Of a DNA stretch of 64,000 bases, positions 29,256 to 38,138 are shown in pieces; positions within the stretch are counted from its first letter, which is position 1; the number at the start of each line of letters is the position of its first letter. The position numbers were made by a program, and so were the translations under genes. The stretch spans positions 46,400 to 110,399 of the forward strand of contig JBJKRB010000158.1 in NCBI GenBank assembly GCA_046704885.1. The letters run 5' to 3'. This DNA is from Thermoanaerobaculia bacterium. Lineage in GTDB: Bacteria > Acidobacteriota > Thermoanaerobaculia > Multivoradales > JBJKRB01. The notes under the pieces are model-generated. The model was not told the DNA's origin. It did not search any database and saw only the letters and a list, made by a program, of their open reading frames with translations.

Positions 29256-30392
29256 TTAGGTGCGGCGGCGAATCGGCTCGCCGGATATGGCCGTACGGTT
29301 GCGTCCGGTCTGCTTTGCCACGTACATGGCCGCGTCGGCAAGGCGGAGGAGCGTGCTCTTGTCGTCGCCAAGGGCGCCTTCGGCATTGAGGTGACGATTC
29401 AGACTGGCTACCCCGATCGAGCAGGTCTGTCCGGTGAGGTGAATCGGTTCGGGTTGAATCTCTCCCGGCTTGTCGCAGAAGACCGCCCCCAAGATCGTAT
29501 TGCGGATGGTCTCGGCGAGGTCTACCGCCTCGTCCAGCGAGATTCCCGGCAGAATCAGGACGAACTCGTCTCCACCGTAGCGCGCGGCCAGGGCTTCGCG
29601 ATAGGGAACCAGCTCGGACAGGATCTTTCCGACTTCGCGCAGGACTTGACTGCCCGCGAGATGTCCATGGGCGTCATTGACCCGTTTGAAGAAGTCCAGA
29701 TCGATGAATAGGAGGGAGAGGTCCCGGGACTCGTTGCGGCAGCTCTCGATCTCGTTGGCCAGGGCGATGTGCAAGTAGCGGTCGTTGAACAGTCCGGTGA
29801 GGTTGTCGCGCTTCGCCATCTCTTCGGCCCGGCGGCCATCCAGCACGTTTTGGATCGAGATCGAGATGTAGTCCGCGAAGATCTCGAGGAGCTCTCGATC
29901 CTTCTCGCCGTAGGCAGCGCTGCCCTGGCTGTTGATCAGCTCCAGAACACCACAGACAGCGTGCTCGATGCGGATGGGTATCGCGATCAGCGATTCGGTC
30001 TTGTAGCGGGTGCTTCGATCGACGTCGGGAAAGAAGTACGGGTCCTTGCGCACCTGCGAGGTGTAGTACGAGCGACCCGTGAGGTAGACGTGACCGGCGA
30101 TCCCTTGGTCCGCTGCGAGAGTGCGGCCGAGCAAATCCACGGCATGGGGACCGAAGGCGGCGACGAAAGTGAGGACATGCTGGCTACGATCCCCATTCTT
30201 GTCACGCGGCCGGTCCAGCAAGATCGAGCCGGAGTCCGAGGGGACAAACTCGTTCGCCTTGCGCAAGACCTCCATGAAGTTCTTGGTGAGGCTTGCTTCA
30301 AGGGGGAACGCGGGGCCCGCCCGATGCCGGTCGAGGAAGGTTTCGAGGGCATCCGGAGCGAGGCTGTGGACTTCCACCATTGCGATGCTCAC
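29256..30392 (-). CDS. GAF-domain diguanylate cyclase (GGDEF)
   Basis: 378 aa. N-terminal GAF-like domain. GGDEF domain with intact RYGGDEF active site and RxxD-like I-site context. The track start GTG 30392 may be ATG 30380. Confidence 0.85.
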   Translation of the reverse strand: MSIAMVEVHSLAPDALETFLDRHRAGPAFPLEASLTKNFMEVLRKANEFVPSDSGSILLDRPRDKNGDRSQHVLTFVAAFGPHAVDLLGRTLAADQGIAGHVYLTGRSYYTSQVRKDPYFFPDVDRSTRYKTESLIAIPIRIEHAVCGVLELINSQGSAAYGEKDRELLEIFADYISISIQNVLDGRRAEEMAKRDNLTGLFNDRYLHIALANEIESCRNESRDLSLLFIDLDFFKRVNDAHGHLAGSQVLREVGKILSELVPYREALAARYGGDEFVLILPGISLDEAVDLAETIRNTILGAVFCDKPGEIQPEPIHLTGQTCSIGVASLNRHLNAEGALGDDKSTLLRLADAAMYVAKQTGRNRTAISGEPIRRRT

Positions 30393-30438
30393 CAGCGCGC
30401 CTAACGATGAAAACTGCTTTCGCCGCTACACCATAGCA

Positions 30439-32235
30439 TCATGCGAGGCGACGGAGTAGCTTCCGGGAGCGCTGCACGAGCTCGGTACCGAGCTCATCGG
30501 AGGCGGAGAGCTGCGGCGCGTAGCGAAGAAAGTGCAGGTCCTCAGCGAGTTGCGAGAGCTCGTTGGTGGTTTCGGCTTCCACCCCCCGCCTTCTCAGGAG
30601 AGCTCCCCAACGAGCGCTGGGCGTGCCCATCGGTACCGCCCACTTCTCGTCGAGAAATTCGCGCCACAGCTCATCGAGGGCGTTGGCGGTCCTTCGCGGT
30701 GAGGCGCCAAGGGTGATGCCGGAGATGCGCCCGAGGTAGCGCTGAGCGATCTCGCTCTGCTGCGGATTGCGCCGCCCCCAATTGTGACGCCCAAGGATGG
30801 CGACGGCCCCCGCCGCGACGAGAAGACCGACGATCAATCCACCCCATTCCCAGGGATGCGCCCAAAGAGCACCCATCACTCCTCGCCGAGGCTGCGCGCT
30901 CCCCTCGTTCGGACCGCTGACCGTTGGGCGAGTAGGCGCCGGAGCGGGTGGCGGTGCGGGGACCGCGGTCAACTCGAGCGCTGGGGTCGTGGCCTTGGCA
31001 TAGGAGGCGGTCTGAGGGTCGAAGTAGGGAATCGTGACGGGCGGCAACGTCCAGTGCGCGCTCTTTTGAGGCACCAAGACGTAGGTCCAGGTGGCGCTCT
31101 CTCGAACCCGGGTGCCGATCAACTTGGTGTTGCTCTCGCTCTGGGGCGCAAAGCTCTCGAGACCCGGCAGGTTGGGCAGGGAAGGGGCGGAAAGGCCCTG
31201 CACATGGCCGAAACCGGCCAGAGTCAGGGTCAGGGTCGCGGCGTCTCCCACCTTGATCTGGCGGGGGGTGAGTGAGGCGTGGATCGACAGCGCCCCGACC
31301 GCCCCGTTGAAATCGGCGGGTGGTGCTGGCAACGCCCGTACCGAGATGGAAAGCGGCTGAACCTGCCGCCGAACCTCGACCGTTCTCTCGAAGAGCCCCC
31401 CAAAGCCTCCTTCCCCGGGAACGCTCAAGGTCAACCGGGCCTTGGCAGCCCCGATGGTCAGGGCACCTGAGTGAAGTGGGAAGAGCGCTCTCTGGAGCAG
31501 CACGACTCTCCCGAATTGCTGCCCGTGCACGGCCACCATGTCGGGCTGCAGGTGAGTTGGTTGCGGAATCTCCTTGACCCAGAAGCCGTGAAAGTCGGGG
31601 ATCTCTTGGGGATCGATATTGTCGACGTCACCCTGGGTATACAGGTAGAGGGTGTAGAGCACCTGTTGTCCGACATAAGGGTTTTGCGGATTGGCTACGG
31701 CTTGGAGGAACACACCGGGCATCGTTTGCGGCGGAGAGGCGGGGGCCGCGAACGGTGAGCTCGGAGCTGAGAAAGGCTGCATCAAAGCGCCGAAAGGCGA
31801 GAGGCTCTGATTTTGCGCCGCCCCCGGATGAAGAGTTGCGGTGTTCTCCACATCGATGGTCTGGTCGGGGATCTCGATCTGGCGGCCGCGGGCCTTGACG
31901 ACGATGCTCTTGACCCGCGCCGGACCCGGATGCAAGGGGTGAAGCTGCCACGTCAAGCTGATGCTGCGCGAGGTGAACCCGTTGACGAAGCGAACTTGAT
32001 CCGAGCGAAACGGCCCCGCCACCGCCTCGAGGTTGTCGAGCTTGAAACCCGGGTGCAGGTCGATTCCCCCGAATCCCTGAGCTCGCGCGGTGATGGTGAA
32101 GGTGACGAGCTCATTGAGCCCGATCCGCGTCGGACTGATCTGAGCGTTGACCTGGACGGATGGCGCGCTCCACGCCGCCAGGCTCGAGGCGACGGCGACC
32201 ACTACGGCAATGGAAAGGGCTCGCGGCCACCTCAC
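30439..32235 (-). CDS. batD: BatD-family protein (Bacteroides aerotolerance operon protein D homolog)
   Basis: 598 aa. GTG start overlapping the batC stop (GTGA). Signal peptide, large beta-rich periplasmic region, C-terminal TM segment (WGGLIVGLLVAAGAVAILG). Position after batC. Confidence 0.75.
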   Translation of the reverse strand: MRWPRALSIAVVVAVASSLAAWSAPSVQVNAQISPTRIGLNELVTFTITARAQGFGGIDLHPGFKLDNLEAVAGPFRSDQVRFVNGFTSRSISLTWQLHPLHPGPARVKSIVVKARGRQIEIPDQTIDVENTATLHPGAAQNQSLSPFGALMQPFSAPSSPFAAPASPPQTMPGVFLQAVANPQNPYVGQQVLYTLYLYTQGDVDNIDPQEIPDFHGFWVKEIPQPTHLQPDMVAVHGQQFGRVVLLQRALFPLHSGALTIGAAKARLTLSVPGEGGFGGLFERTVEVRRQVQPLSISVRALPAPPADFNGAVGALSIHASLTPRQIKVGDAATLTLTLAGFGHVQGLSAPSLPNLPGLESFAPQSESNTKLIGTRVRESATWTYVLVPQKSAHWTLPPVTIPYFDPQTASYAKATTPALELTAVPAPPPAPAPTRPTVSGPNEGSAQPRRGVMGALWAHPWEWGGLIVGLLVAAGAVAILGRHNWGRRNPQQSEIAQRYLGRISGITLGASPRRTANALDELWREFLDEKWAVPMGTPSARWGALLRRRGVEAETTNELSQLAEDLHFLRYAPQLSASDELGTELVQRSRKLLRRLA

Positions 32236-33059
32236 CAGTCCTTCTCCGTTGACGACCGGCGCTCAGCCCGCTTGAGAGCGGCCTCGCGACGCTGTTGACG
32301 CTCGAGGTTCTCTACCGCATTGAGGATGGCGGCCGCTTGCGCGGCGCTCATGTTCGGCTGGTCTTTGAACTGGGGAAGAACTGACCCGTGCTTCGGAGCG
32401 TTCTTCAGCGCCTTCGGTTCGCCGGTTGCCGCCTGGCGCTTCCCGGACGCCTGGCTCTGCGCCTCGCGTGGAGCCTTTCGCTCCGGAGGGCGCTGAGCTC
32501 CGGTGGAGCGTCCTTGCTCCCTGCCGCCCGGTTTTTGCTGCTGGCTCGCTTCCTTCTGCTCCCGGCGGCGCTCTTCCTTGCGCTGCTTCTCGAGCTGGCG
32601 CAGGGCGAGCTCCAGGTTGTACTTAGCGTCGGGTTGATGAGGATCGGCGAGCAGGCTCTTCTCGAAAGCCGAGACCGCGCCAGCCGGGTTCCCGGAGGCC
32701 AGCAGAGCGTTGCCCAAGTTGTACTCAGCCTCGGGCAGCAACCTGGGAGGCGCCTTTCCAGATGCCTTCTCGAGGAGCTGGGCGGCTCCGAGTCCATCCT
32801 TCGCAACGAGATGCGCGGTGCCCGAGTTGTAGAGAACAGCAGGGTCTTTCGGCGCCAGTCGTTGGGCGCTGTCGAAGTCGCGAACGGCGGATTTGACGTC
32901 GCCCTTGTCGAGTGCGTCGAGACCCCGATCGGTGCGCTCACGCGGGTTGTAGAGCCAGCGCTCCACGGCGCGGGGCCAGTGCAGGAAGCTGTCGACAGCC
33001 TGGCGTAGCGGGAGGCTTGCGGGGAGGAGGAGCAGGGCGGCCAGAACGATCGCTTTCAT
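32232..33059 (-). CDS. batC: BatC-like TPR-repeat protein
   Basis: Start set to ATG 33059 (MKAIVLAALLLLPAS signal peptide; ATGA overlap with the batB stop). TPR repeats. K/E/R-rich C-terminal tail. Confidence 0.7.
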   Translation of the reverse strand: MKAIVLAALLLLPASLPLRQAVDSFLHWPRAVERWLYNPRERTDRGLDALDKGDVKSAVRDFDSAQRLAPKDPAVLYNSGTAHLVAKDGLGAAQLLEKASGKAPPRLLPEAEYNLGNALLASGNPAGAVSAFEKSLLADPHQPDAKYNLELALRQLEKQRKEERRREQKEASQQQKPGGREQGRSTGAQRPPERKAPREAQSQASGKRQAATGEPKALKNAPKHGSVLPQFKDQPNMSAAQAAAILNAVENLERQQRREAALKRAERRSSTEKDW

Positions 33060-34069
33060 GGTTCCAGCCCCTTTCGAGCCGCGGGCATGGCGCTCATGGA
33101 GAGCCAGAGGATGAGAGCGGCGACGGCCGCGGCCAGTGGCCATTGGAAGCGGGGGGCGTGGGTGGTGATCGTCTCGCTCGAGAAGCGGCGTCCGCTCAAA
33201 CTGCTGAGCCGGTGAAGGATGGGCTGCGGATCGGTGGCCAGAGATGTGGCGCGGAGGTAGACCCCGCCGGTACCACGGGTTAGCTCTTCGAGGTTTCCTT
33301 CCTCGAGGCGAGAGATCACGATCTTGCCACTCTCGTCGCGCTTGTAGTCGCCGGGTGCTCCCCCAGGGATGGGGATCGGCGCGCCTTGCGGCGTACCCAC
33401 CCCGATGGCGCTGACCATGACGTCGGCATCCTTGAGCTTGCGCAAGGTGCGCTCGAGTCCGCCCTCATGATCCTCCCCGTCGGAGACGATGATGATCGCC
33501 CGGTGCTCCTTGCTGTTCTCGGGGAAGAGCTTCAATGCCTGGTCGATTCCGGCCGCCAGGTGGGTCCCCGGGCTCGGCATCGAGCCTGGTTGGGCGGTTT
33601 CCAAGAGCAGGTCGATGGCTTCCGAGTCCGTCGTCAGCGGGGTCATCACGACCCCGTCCCCTGCGGCGAAGACGAGACCGACCCTATTGTTCGGCATGCT
33701 CTGGGTCAGGCGGCGGATCATTGTCTTGGCGACCGCCATACGGGATGGATAGACGTCCGGGGTGGCCATGGAGAGGGAGGCATCGAGAACGAAGACGATA
33801 TCGAGTCCCCGCCGGTGTACCTCCTCCTTCACGACGCCCCAGCGGGGCTCGGCAAGGCCGAGTGCCGTGCCGAGCACGGCGATTCCCAGGAAGAAGAGGG
33901 ACAGCATCCAGCGCCGCCCGTCGAGATGCACTCCCAGGCGTCTCCACAGCCGGGGCGCGGCCCACGCTCGCATGGCCGCCAGGCGTTGGCGCCAGAAGAA
34001 AGCGGCAACCAAGGCGGCGGCGGGCGCCAGAAGAGTGAGCCAGAGCAGGGCGGGGTGACCGAAGCTCAT
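33056..34069 (-). CDS. batB: BatB-like von Willebrand factor A domain membrane protein
   Basis: Start set to ATG 34069 (ATGA overlap with the batA stop). N-terminal TM pair. vWA MIDAS motif DIVFVLDASLSM ... TDGE. Confidence 0.8.
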   Translation of the reverse strand: MSFGHPALLWLTLLAPAAALVAAFFWRQRLAAMRAWAAPRLWRRLGVHLDGRRWMLSLFFLGIAVLGTALGLAEPRWGVVKEEVHRRGLDIVFVLDASLSMATPDVYPSRMAVAKTMIRRLTQSMPNNRVGLVFAAGDGVVMTPLTTDSEAIDLLLETAQPGSMPSPGTHLAAGIDQALKLFPENSKEHRAIIIVSDGEDHEGGLERTLRKLKDADVMVSAIGVGTPQGAPIPIPGGAPGDYKRDESGKIVISRLEEGNLEELTRGTGGVYLRATSLATDPQPILHRLSSLSGRRFSSETITTHAPRFQWPLAAAVAALILWLSMSAMPAARKGLEP

Positions 34070-35061
34070 GGTTCGACGCTCACCCGCGTCGCGGTCGTGG
34101 CGAGAGGTAGAAGCAATAGCGCCAGCGCGGTCCAAGCGAGGGGCTGGAACGCTTCGCGGTAGCGAACGTATTGCTTGACCTTGATCCGACTCTTTTCGAG
34201 CCTGTCGATCTGAGCGAAGATCTGGCGCATCTCTTCGCTGTCGGTGGCCCGGTAGAAGTGCCCGCCGGTCAGGTCCGCGATCTTCTCGAGGAGGTTGTCG
34301 TCGACTTGCACGTTCATCATTACGCGGCGAGTTTCAGGCTGTCCGGTGAAGGGGTTTTGCATCGTTACCGGCACCGGCACACGGCCCGTGGTACCCACAC
34401 CGACGGTGTAGACCTTGATGCCCAGCCCCTTGCAGACGGTTGCGGCGGACAGCGGGTCGATCGCCCCAGCGTTGTTGACCCCGTCGGTAACCAGGACCAC
34501 GACCTTCGATTTGGCCTTAGAGTCCCTGAGCCGCGCCGCCGCATCCGCGAGAGCGATCCCGATGGCGGTTCCGTCCGGCAAGCTGTTGAGACGCACTCCA
34601 TTGAGGAGTTGGGTAAGCATCTCGTGATCCGTAGTCAACGGCGCCCGAGTCAAGGCGGCGCCCGCGAAGACCACGAGCCCGATCCGGTCCGCGGGGCGGT
34701 GCTCGACAAAGTTCTCGACCACCTGCTTGGCGACGGTCAGTCGATTGCGCGGATGGAAGTCCTCAGCGCCCATGCTTCCCGAAATGTCGAGAGCGATCTC
34801 GATGTCGATTCCTTGAGTAGAGCTCTCTTGCCATCGATAACCGAGCTGGGGCCGAGCCAGAGCGATGATGAGGAGAGCGCAGGCCGCGAGCCGGGAGTAG
34901 AAGGGCAGGTGAAGCCGCCAGCGACCGAGGGCGTGCTGCTTGGGCAGCGCGCCGATGGTCAGAGCGCCGCTTCGGTCGCGGCGGTGGTGCCACCAGGCGA
35001 GCGCTGGGAGAGCGAGAAGGAGCAGCAGGAGCCACGGATTGTTGAAGTGAGCCAGGCTCAT
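34066..35061 (-). CDS. batA: BatA-like von Willebrand factor A domain membrane protein
   Basis: 331 aa. Two N-terminal TMs. vWA MIDAS DIEIALDISGSM ... LVTDGVNNAG. C-terminal TM. Confidence 0.85.
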   Translation of the reverse strand: MSLAHFNNPWLLLLLLALPALAWWHHRRDRSGALTIGALPKQHALGRWRLHLPFYSRLAACALLIIALARPQLGYRWQESSTQGIDIEIALDISGSMGAEDFHPRNRLTVAKQVVENFVEHRPADRIGLVVFAGAALTRAPLTTDHEMLTQLLNGVRLNSLPDGTAIGIALADAAARLRDSKAKSKVVVLVTDGVNNAGAIDPLSAATVCKGLGIKVYTVGVGTTGRVPVPVTMQNPFTGQPETRRVMMNVQVDDNLLEKIADLTGGHFYRATDSEEMRQIFAQIDRLEKSRIKVKQYVRYREAFQPLAWTALALLLLPLATTATRVSVEP

Positions 35062-35990
35062 GCGCTCTTCTCGACGTCGGCGGGTACAGGCCGTAGCCGC
35101 GTTTCGAGAGCGCGGCCGACCTCAAGGGCTCGGGCGATTCGGTCCTCAGCTACGCTGCGCTCCGCCCGGTGGCGGGCGAACTTCACCTGATCGCAATCGA
35201 GAAGCAGCTGCACGCACGAGCGAGACCAGACTTCCGGCTGGCGCCGGTTTCGCAGCTCGTCCCGGATTTCCCGCGTGGTCCGATCGCAAGCAGAAAAAGA
35301 AAGAACGCGTCCCAAGTAGCCCCGCAAGGCGAGGCTGACGGCGGTATGAAGGCGATCGAGATCCGTCTCTCGCCGGGCCTCATTCAGCCTTGCCTCGAGC
35401 TCCTCTAGGGGCGGCTTTAGAGGTCGCGTAAGTCCCTCCGCGCCGGCTCGGCGCCGGCGCCGGTAGAGAAGCGCGAGGGCGGCCAGGACCATGAGAGAGC
35501 CGGCGGCGCCAGTCCACCAGAAAGCGGCGCCGAGACCGAGGGGACGGGGTGGCGCTGGGGGCTTGGGAACTAGCTTCGTACCCTTCTCTTCGGCTGATGG
35601 CAACACCGAGCGCACATGAAGGGCGAGCTCGTCCGGAGTCGCGACCTCGGCCGTACTGGAATGGAACGGTACGGCGATCTGGCGCGGGGGCAGGGGAATC
35701 TTCCCGGTGGAGAAGGGGACGAGGGTGACGCTCTGCTCGAAGACCTGTTCGCCGTTCTTCTTCGACACTTTTCGCACGGGCCCGGCTTTGAGAACTCGGG
35801 CGTTTCCCCAGCTGTCCTTCCACACCGGAAAGCGAGGGGGGCCGGCGAGCTGGTCGGCCGCGACCGTAAGGCTGAGGGTGACCTCGGTTCGATCGCCGAC
35901 CGTGAGCTGGTCGGGCTGAATGGAGACCGAAAGGTGAGCAGGCACCGGAGGTAGCACCGCGGCCGCCAGAAGCAAGGAGGCAAGCATCAT
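35058..35990 (-). CDS. Bat-operon membrane protein (DUF4381-like), function unknown
   Basis: 310 aa. Signal peptide, periplasmic beta region, a TM near the middle (AAFWWTGAAGSLMVLAALALLYRRRRR), C-terminal helical domain. Conserved position between DUF58 and batA. 4-nt overlaps on both sides. Confidence 0.55.
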   Translation of the reverse strand: MMLASLLLAAAVLPPVPAHLSVSIQPDQLTVGDRTEVTLSLTVAADQLAGPPRFPVWKDSWGNARVLKAGPVRKVSKKNGEQVFEQSVTLVPFSTGKIPLPPRQIAVPFHSSTAEVATPDELALHVRSVLPSAEEKGTKLVPKPPAPPRPLGLGAAFWWTGAAGSLMVLAALALLYRRRRRAGAEGLTRPLKPPLEELEARLNEARRETDLDRLHTAVSLALRGYLGRVLSFSACDRTTREIRDELRNRRQPEVWSRSCVQLLLDCDQVKFARHRAERSVAEDRIARALEVGRALETRLRPVPADVEKSA

Positions 35991-36916
35991 CGGCTGAGCC
36001 TCCGTCGCCGCTGCTCGAAGAAAGCAACGAGCGGGCTCAAATAGGGGCGGTCGGTGCGCAATTCCAGGTGGTCGATGCCGAGCCGGCGGGTCAGTCGCAA
36101 GAGCTCGGAACGCTGATGGCGCCTCCTTGCGCGGTGCTCCGTTGCGAGCTTCTTGCCGGAGACGATCGCGAGGGCGCCGGTCTCCGCATCGCGCAGCACG
36201 GTGGGACCGACCGATGGGAGGATCGTCTCGCGCGGATCGACGATCTCGACCGCGATGACGTCGTGACGGCCGGCCGCGGTCTTCAGCGCTGCGGCATAGG
36301 AAGTGTTGAGAAAGTCGGAGATCACGAAGACCACCGATCGCCTCTTGAGATTGCGCAGAACGGCGGGGATGGTGCCGTCGAGATCGGTCCCGCCGTGTGC
36401 CGGCCGGCCGAGAATCTCACGCACGAGACGCAAGACGTGGTTTCGTCTTTGCTGGGGCGCGAGCCAGAGCTCGAGACGATCGCTCACCAGAGCGGCCCCC
36501 ACCCGGTCCTGATTGCGCAGTGCCGCGAAAGCCAAGAGGGCGGCGACCTCGGCGGCGAGATCGCGTTTGAGGATCGAGCGCGAGCCGAAGGAGAGGGAAC
36601 CCGAAACATCGACGATCAGGAAGACCGTGAGGTCCCGCTCTTCGACATATTGCTTGACGTAGGGGTGCCCCATGCGCGCGGTGACGTTCCAATCGATGGC
36701 TCGGATCTCGTCGCCCGGCTGGTAGGGGCGAACCTCCGTGAACTCGACGCCGCGTCCGCGGAAGACCGAGTGGTAGTCGCCGGCCACGCCCTGGTCTACA
36801 AGCCGCTTGGTGGCGATCTCGATGCGGCGGACCTTGCGCATCAATTCGCCGGGGAGAGCCGCGGCGCGCGCCGGCTCCGGGTCAGGCGGCGCTACTGAGG
36901 GGAAACGGAGCAGCAT
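35987..36916 (-). CDS. DUF58-domain protein (MoxR-associated, vWA-like)
   Basis: 309 aa. DUF58 hallmark GDExRAIDWNVTARMGHPYVKQYVEERDLTVFLIVDVSGSLSFGS. Confidence 0.85.
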   Translation of the reverse strand: MLLRFPSVAPPDPEPARAAALPGELMRKVRRIEIATKRLVDQGVAGDYHSVFRGRGVEFTEVRPYQPGDEIRAIDWNVTARMGHPYVKQYVEERDLTVFLIVDVSGSLSFGSRSILKRDLAAEVAALLAFAALRNQDRVGAALVSDRLELWLAPQQRRNHVLRLVREILGRPAHGGTDLDGTIPAVLRNLKRRSVVFVISDFLNTSYAAALKTAAGRHDVIAVEIVDPRETILPSVGPTVLRDAETGALAIVSGKKLATEHRARRRHQRSELLRLTRRLGIDHLELRTDRPYLSPLVAFFEQRRRRLSR

Positions 36917-36937
36917 GAGATCCCCGCCGTATCGAGG

Positions 36938-37957
36938 TCAGGGAACCTCCAGGCGGTCGAGCAAGCGACGCACCAGGTCGTCGCTCGAGATCTCCTCTGC
37001 TTCAGCCTCGTAGGTGGGGACAAGCCGATGACGGAGAACGTCCGCCGCAATCTCTTTGACGTCTTCGGGGATCACGTAGCCTCGCCCCCGAACCAGGGCC
37101 ATCGCCTTCGCGGCGCGCGCCAGGAAGATGGTCGCCCGGGGCGAGGCGCCGAAAGAGATGAGATCCTCGAGCTCTGGAAGGCCCGCGCTCTTGGGTTGGC
37201 GGGTGGCGGAGACCAGGTCCAAGATGTACTTCTTGATCTTCGGGTCCAAGTAAACCGAGTCGGCGACGTGGCGAAGGGCGAGCAACCGGGCTCCGTCGAT
37301 GACTCTGTGCACCTCGATCTTGTGCTCGACCAGCATCCGGTCGAGGATCGCCTGCTCTTCGCTCCGCGTCGGGTAGTCGAGCTTCAGCTTCATCAGGAAG
37401 CGATCGACTTGCGCTTCGGCGAGGGGGTACGTACCTTCCTGTTCGATCGGATTCTGAGTCGCCAGCACCATGAATGGCTCATTCAAGAGGTAGGTCGTAT
37501 CGCCCAGGGTGACCTGCCTCTCCTCCATGGCCTCGAGGAGCGCCGACTGCACCTTGGCTGGCGCTCGGTTGATCTCGTCGGCGAGTAGAAGTTGAGTGAA
37601 GATGGGCCCCTTGCGCGGGACGAAATCACCCGATCGCTGGTCGTAGATCAACGTTCCGAGGAGATCGGCTGGAAGCAGATCGGGGGTGAATTGGATGCGC
37701 TGGAAGTCCACGGTGAGGACTCGCGCGAGAGTCTTGACGGCGAGCGTCTTGGCTAATCCGGGTACGCCTTCGATCAAGAGGTGCCCGTGTGAGAGAAGAC
37801 CCACTAAGAGGCGATCGATCAAGTAATCCTGCCCGACGATGACCTTGTGGAGCTCGGCTTCGACCTGCCGCAGGGTGAGAGCTTCTCGCTCCACCTTCTG
37901 ACTCAGCTCCTCGAGGTCGGGCGCCTCGCTGTCGATCGGCTTCGTTGTCGGTTCCAT
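36938..37957 (-). CDS. moxR: MoxR-family AAA+ ATPase
   Basis: Start set to ATG 37957 (GGAGGGAGG RBS; MEPTTKPID...). Walker A GVPGLAKT, Walker B LLADEINRA, sensor regions. Confidence 0.9.
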   Translation of the reverse strand: MEPTTKPIDSEAPDLEELSQKVEREALTLRQVEAELHKVIVGQDYLIDRLLVGLLSHGHLLIEGVPGLAKTLAVKTLARVLTVDFQRIQFTPDLLPADLLGTLIYDQRSGDFVPRKGPIFTQLLLADEINRAPAKVQSALLEAMEERQVTLGDTTYLLNEPFMVLATQNPIEQEGTYPLAEAQVDRFLMKLKLDYPTRSEEQAILDRMLVEHKIEVHRVIDGARLLALRHVADSVYLDPKIKKYILDLVSATRQPKSAGLPELEDLISFGASPRATIFLARAAKAMALVRGRGYVIPEDVKEIAADVLRHRLVPTYEAEAEEISSDDLVRRLLDRLEVP

Positions 37958-37963
37958 ACAGTG

Positions 37964-38026
37964 CCTCCCTCCACACTCCCCGATGTGCAAGCGAAATGCC
38001 AGTGAACACCACGAATTGGAGGGAGG
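37964..38026 (-). promoter_or_regulatory. 5' leader element: 9-nt anti-SD (CCUCCCUCC) about 45 nt upstream of the perfectly complementary moxR SD (GGAGGGAGG); predicted RBS-sequestering hairpin
   Basis: On the minus strand the 38026-38018 segment is the exact reverse complement of the 37972-37964 segment. The latter is the RBS 6 nt before moxR ATG 37957. Confidence 0.45.
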
Positions 38027-38138
38027 ATTCCGCCGTTTTCGAAGCCCCGAGGCGGGAGCCGCGGCGCTTGGCGCGTCATTCTGGCACGCCAGGGCGCAAG
38101 CTCGTGGCGGTCGATCCTTTCCCTGCTAGCCTAGAGCG

